From Haliotis cracherodii (taxonomy: Eukaryota): DNA of 64,000 nucleotides. The notes beneath the pieces were generated by a model, which was not told the origin of the DNA, searched no databases, and saw nothing but the letters and a program-made list of their open reading frames with translations. The translations under genes and the position numbers were made by a program. The stretch covers positions 56,358,001 to 56,422,000 of the forward strand of contig NW_027266343.1 in assembly GCF_022045235.1 (NCBI RefSeq), given 5' to 3'. Position 1 is the stretch's first letter, and each line of letters opens with the position of its first letter. Shown here piece after piece: positions 60,696 through 64,000 of the stretch.

Positions 60696-61714
60696 GTTTC
60701 GCTGGATGATCGAGATGTCCTGAGACATCTTCAAACATGTCCTCGTCTATAGTCAGGTTGTTGTTCGAGTAATTACGGAGATAGCTTAATTCTATAACAA
60801 AATTAAATCTAGCCTCAAAGAGTATTATGTGTCATATTAATTATGGAGGTACTTCTTGAGCGATCTGCAAAATCTTAAACTGGCATACATGATTGTTCGC
60901 TATCAAATGTCAATGCCGCTGGGGAATTTATATCCCTGCATCGTTCGGAAAACGAATGAGATCACTGCTATTCCGTACTGAGTTAGTTTCGGGTTACGGG
61001 TCAGTTTACACACCAGTTTGATAGAACAACTGCATCAGCCGAAGCTTGTGATATGTAATTAGAGCTTGTCATGTCGTGTTTCCATGGCATGAAATGACCA
61101 TGTAAGCTGCAAGAAGGGCTCCCTAATCCCTAGTAAATCAATATCAACGCTATCTCCCTGTGTGACCTTGGACGGCCAGTGATGAATGGTGAGAATTTGA
61201 GACTTGCTCTCACGGCAGAGGAGAGCGTCTCTTGGTATTGTGTTGAGGGTAATTGCACACATTTGACCTTGGTATTGATTCGCTTGATTCAGCTTCTCGC
61301 GTTCACCAGATAGATGTAGTTACTATACCGTTGGGAGTAATCTAATTTCAATCATTCCAAATATAGTCATTGTTTTCGTAGTTAGAGGGGGACAGTTTCA
61401 ATGCATGTAGCATATGTGCGGTCTTTCTTGTACCTCATTTAAGATATGTTACAGTTTTATTTTGGTGATACAAAATATGTTACAAAACAACAAATCCATT
61501 GGTATACGATATCGTAATTCGAGTTTTTGTCAATGTTGTAATTAATGTATTGCACTTGTTTGGTTAGCATCTAAGACCCGAGTAAGACCCGAGTCATATT
61601 TATGCAGACCATACTGTGGATGTAGGTACATATAGTCATTAAGACAGGCGATGAATGCTCAATCTGTTAAATAAGCATTCATTCGACACCCAAATTGGTT
61701 CTGTATGTGCAAGC

Positions 61715-61855
61715 ATCTTAACAATTTGACTTGCCTTTGCATGTGTTTGTGACGGATGTTGTCACTAGCGGGGCACGATAACACTTGGTATAATCACTAT
61801 TCGAAAGTGATTCATAACACACGCTCATGATATAGTCTGAATCGTACAATCGACA
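61715..61855 (+). repeat. Family E copy
   Basis: tgacttgcctttgcatgtgtttgtgacggatg...gtgattcataacac. Confidence 0.72.
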
Positions 61856-62415
61856 CTGTTTTGCGCAGTGATTTCATATGAATAGGGAAATGGTTTTAAC
61901 AAAACCAGCCTTGTATCACTTGTATCGATTTAATGGACAGTTCTGTGTGTGCATAACTAACTGTATGAAGAACAGTTTGAGGTATTTAAAGTACATTTCG
62001 GCCAATATAACACAGCAGATTGCTTAGGATGTTGCTTATGGGATAAGTGCAGGGTGCCTGACTATTGTATAGTATAAATATAGGAACATGTATTGAATAG
62101 ATACGTAAATGTATCGTCAAGCAAGGTGTGTTTTGGATCGAAAACCAGTTGAAATGGTATCGATTTACAGTATCGTTTTCGTGTGTTACGTCTATTGATA
62201 GTATGGGTTAATGTTTTGACTTGTCTGTATATCGATGTTGTGTAGAATGGCGATACAATTTGATCACTCCCTGCACCCCTGCTCAAGTTCAAAACGTAAC
62301 ACCAGAGGTTAACCACATTGTATTATCCAGCGAAACGGATTCCATTGGGCGTCAAAGTACAAATAGTGAAGACAAGTACATGAATGGATCAGTGAAAATC
62401 AGTGATGACACTAGA

Positions 62416-62748
62416 GGTGAGGTGAGGTGAAATTGGGTTTAACGTCGCGTCCAAGATTATTGCACTTATATAGCGACGTGCATGCACGTGTATGTGTGTG
62501 TGTGGCTGCTTGTACTAGTCCGGACTGACGCCGATTTAAAGTGCTAGCTCACTGAGATACCATGCCGCAGTTGAACATGAATACCCCACTCAGACACAGT
62601 ATACTGACTCCGAGTCGACCAGTCCTTGTTTTAGCCCCTTAATGCCGAGCGCCAGACAGGGTAACAACAAGTACAATCTTTTGACGTCTTTTTGTATGAC
62701 GCGGGCGGGGATCGAACCCCGGACGTTCCGCTCTCCACGGAGGCGGTC
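62416..62748 (-). mobile_element. tRNA-derived SINE family D, slightly 5'-truncated, inserted in a family E copy
   Basis: B box GTTCGATCCC on the minus strand (~62708-62717); tail gcgacgttaaaccc plus (cacct)n; 12-bp TSD gatgacactaga at 62404-62415 and 62749-62760. Confidence 0.88.
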
Positions 62749-63529
62749 GATGACACTAGATGATCAGGAAAAGGGAAAGCATGTCCTGCTCTACTGGTAG
62801 CACCAGACACGCACACAATTTACCTTAAAAGGTAAGTGCATGTTTGTTTCCTTACGCCGCATCAAGCAATACTTCTGCCATACGACTGCGACCTGAAGAC
62901 AATATAATCTTGTTAGGATAATCAAGTGATGAGTATCCTGAAACGACACGAAGCCATGCAACAAAAGGTTACCAAGCCAGACAACCCGATCCATTAAAGT
63001 AAGTGCTAGTAAGTAAGGAGGTGAGAAAACTCCCTGTGAAGGTCATAGTGATAACATCATGTTGACAAGCAATTTAGTAGACCAATCGCAATGTCTACTA
63101 TACACTTTCTGAAATGACTCGACCAGGCCTTTGATGGCGAAACCTTGATTGAAAGGCTCAGCTGTAAGCAAAATGTGTGGTTCCATGACATTTAAATAAC
63201 AAACTGTCCATGTACAAATATGAATTTTTGTCATGGCTGGTTGTTCCTACATTTTCTAAATCATCACGATTGTACTGTTTTCGAAACTGTAACTTCACAC
63301 AGAAAATCTTAACAGTTTGGATTCAGAATTTCTCAAAGTATTGCTCAGGTTATAATCATGGCTACAATACATTTGAAGACATTTCAAAATGTCATTTTTG
63401 CTTTTGCTTTTATTTATCTATCATCTTACATGCACATTGGTTTGATCGATGTTAGTTATGTGATTCTGTTAATAACGTATTTTGTCCTATTTCCCTCATA
63501 TCTAGTACCGCTGATGAGTTTTCCTAACA

Positions 63530-63676
63530 AGTGAGTGAGTATAGTTTTGCGCTGCTTTTAGAAATATTCCAGCAACATCACGGCGGGGGACGCCAGAAAT
63601 GGCCTTCAGACATTGTGGGGCGGAACTTCGGCGTGACGATCGAACGCTTTAGCTACGAGGCTATCCCACCGACCCT
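63530..63676 (-). mobile_element. SINE family C, diverged
   Basis: gtgagtgagt tail, cacggcggggga, cgtgacgatcgaacgcttta and ggctatcccaccgacc match the reverse complement of 8583-8746. Confidence 0.85.
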
Positions 63677-64000
63677 TCAAAATCAGCACGACTCACATTA
63701 TCATGTAACTATCTGTATGTCTATTTTGTAATTACTCAAACGATGCAAAATAATAACAATAAGTGGTAGGAGAAGAATATGTAGAGGGTGTCATGGAAAA
63801 TTATAAATACAAGTTTTTTACATATCCAGGCCAACAAAGCTGGTCTTGTCGTTTTTGATAAATCCAATGAAATCATTAATATTGTTGAATTTTCTGTCCG
63901 TTTTGACACTAAAGCGATTGACAAGATTTAGGAAAAACATGGCAAATATGCTGACCTCCCTTTGAAAATGTCACGCTTGCATTTATTATAATTACAGAGC

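Noticed and set aside
63505-63532. CTGATGAG hammerhead-like core with a short stem
   Set aside because: No GAAA and no stems I/III; the sequence is cut by a SINE. CTGATGAG at ~26207 also lacks GAAA, and the one at ~55783 is the Tc1 SDES coding sequence.

Overview
AT-rich eukaryotic (invertebrate) genomic DNA made almost entirely of transposable elements and their remnants. I could not support any intact host gene, rRNA, true tRNA or CRISPR array. The SINE families look molluscan to me, possibly abalone-like; that is an unverified inference. Retroelements: two copies of an RNase H-bearing I-group LINE abutting or inserted in a Penelope element, Penelope termini carrying minimal hammerhead-ribozyme motifs with visible covariation (4.3 kb and 47.8 kb), a degraded BEL/Pao LTR element (13.8-17.9 kb), an L2/CR1-group LINE (38.7-43.8 kb), an L1/Tx1 fragment and Naiad-like PLE remnants. 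DNA-transposon-like material: a stand-alone PIF1 helicase remnant bracketed by inverted motifs (10.6-12.8 kb), a probable Academ-like element with two convergent pseudogenes sharing a duplicated domain (18.4-23.9 kb), three Tc1 elements and several MITEs. There are four SINE-like families (A-D) and one old dispersed repeat (E). The most interesting signal is family A (about 13 copies). It is a retroposed element with TSDs and a LINE-type tail but no tRNA/Pol III head. Its copies start at the same nucleotide with a predicted multi-hairpin junction and loop-loop pseudoknot, making it a candidate structured or self-cleaving RNA of no class I can recognise. All alignments and folds were done by eye.
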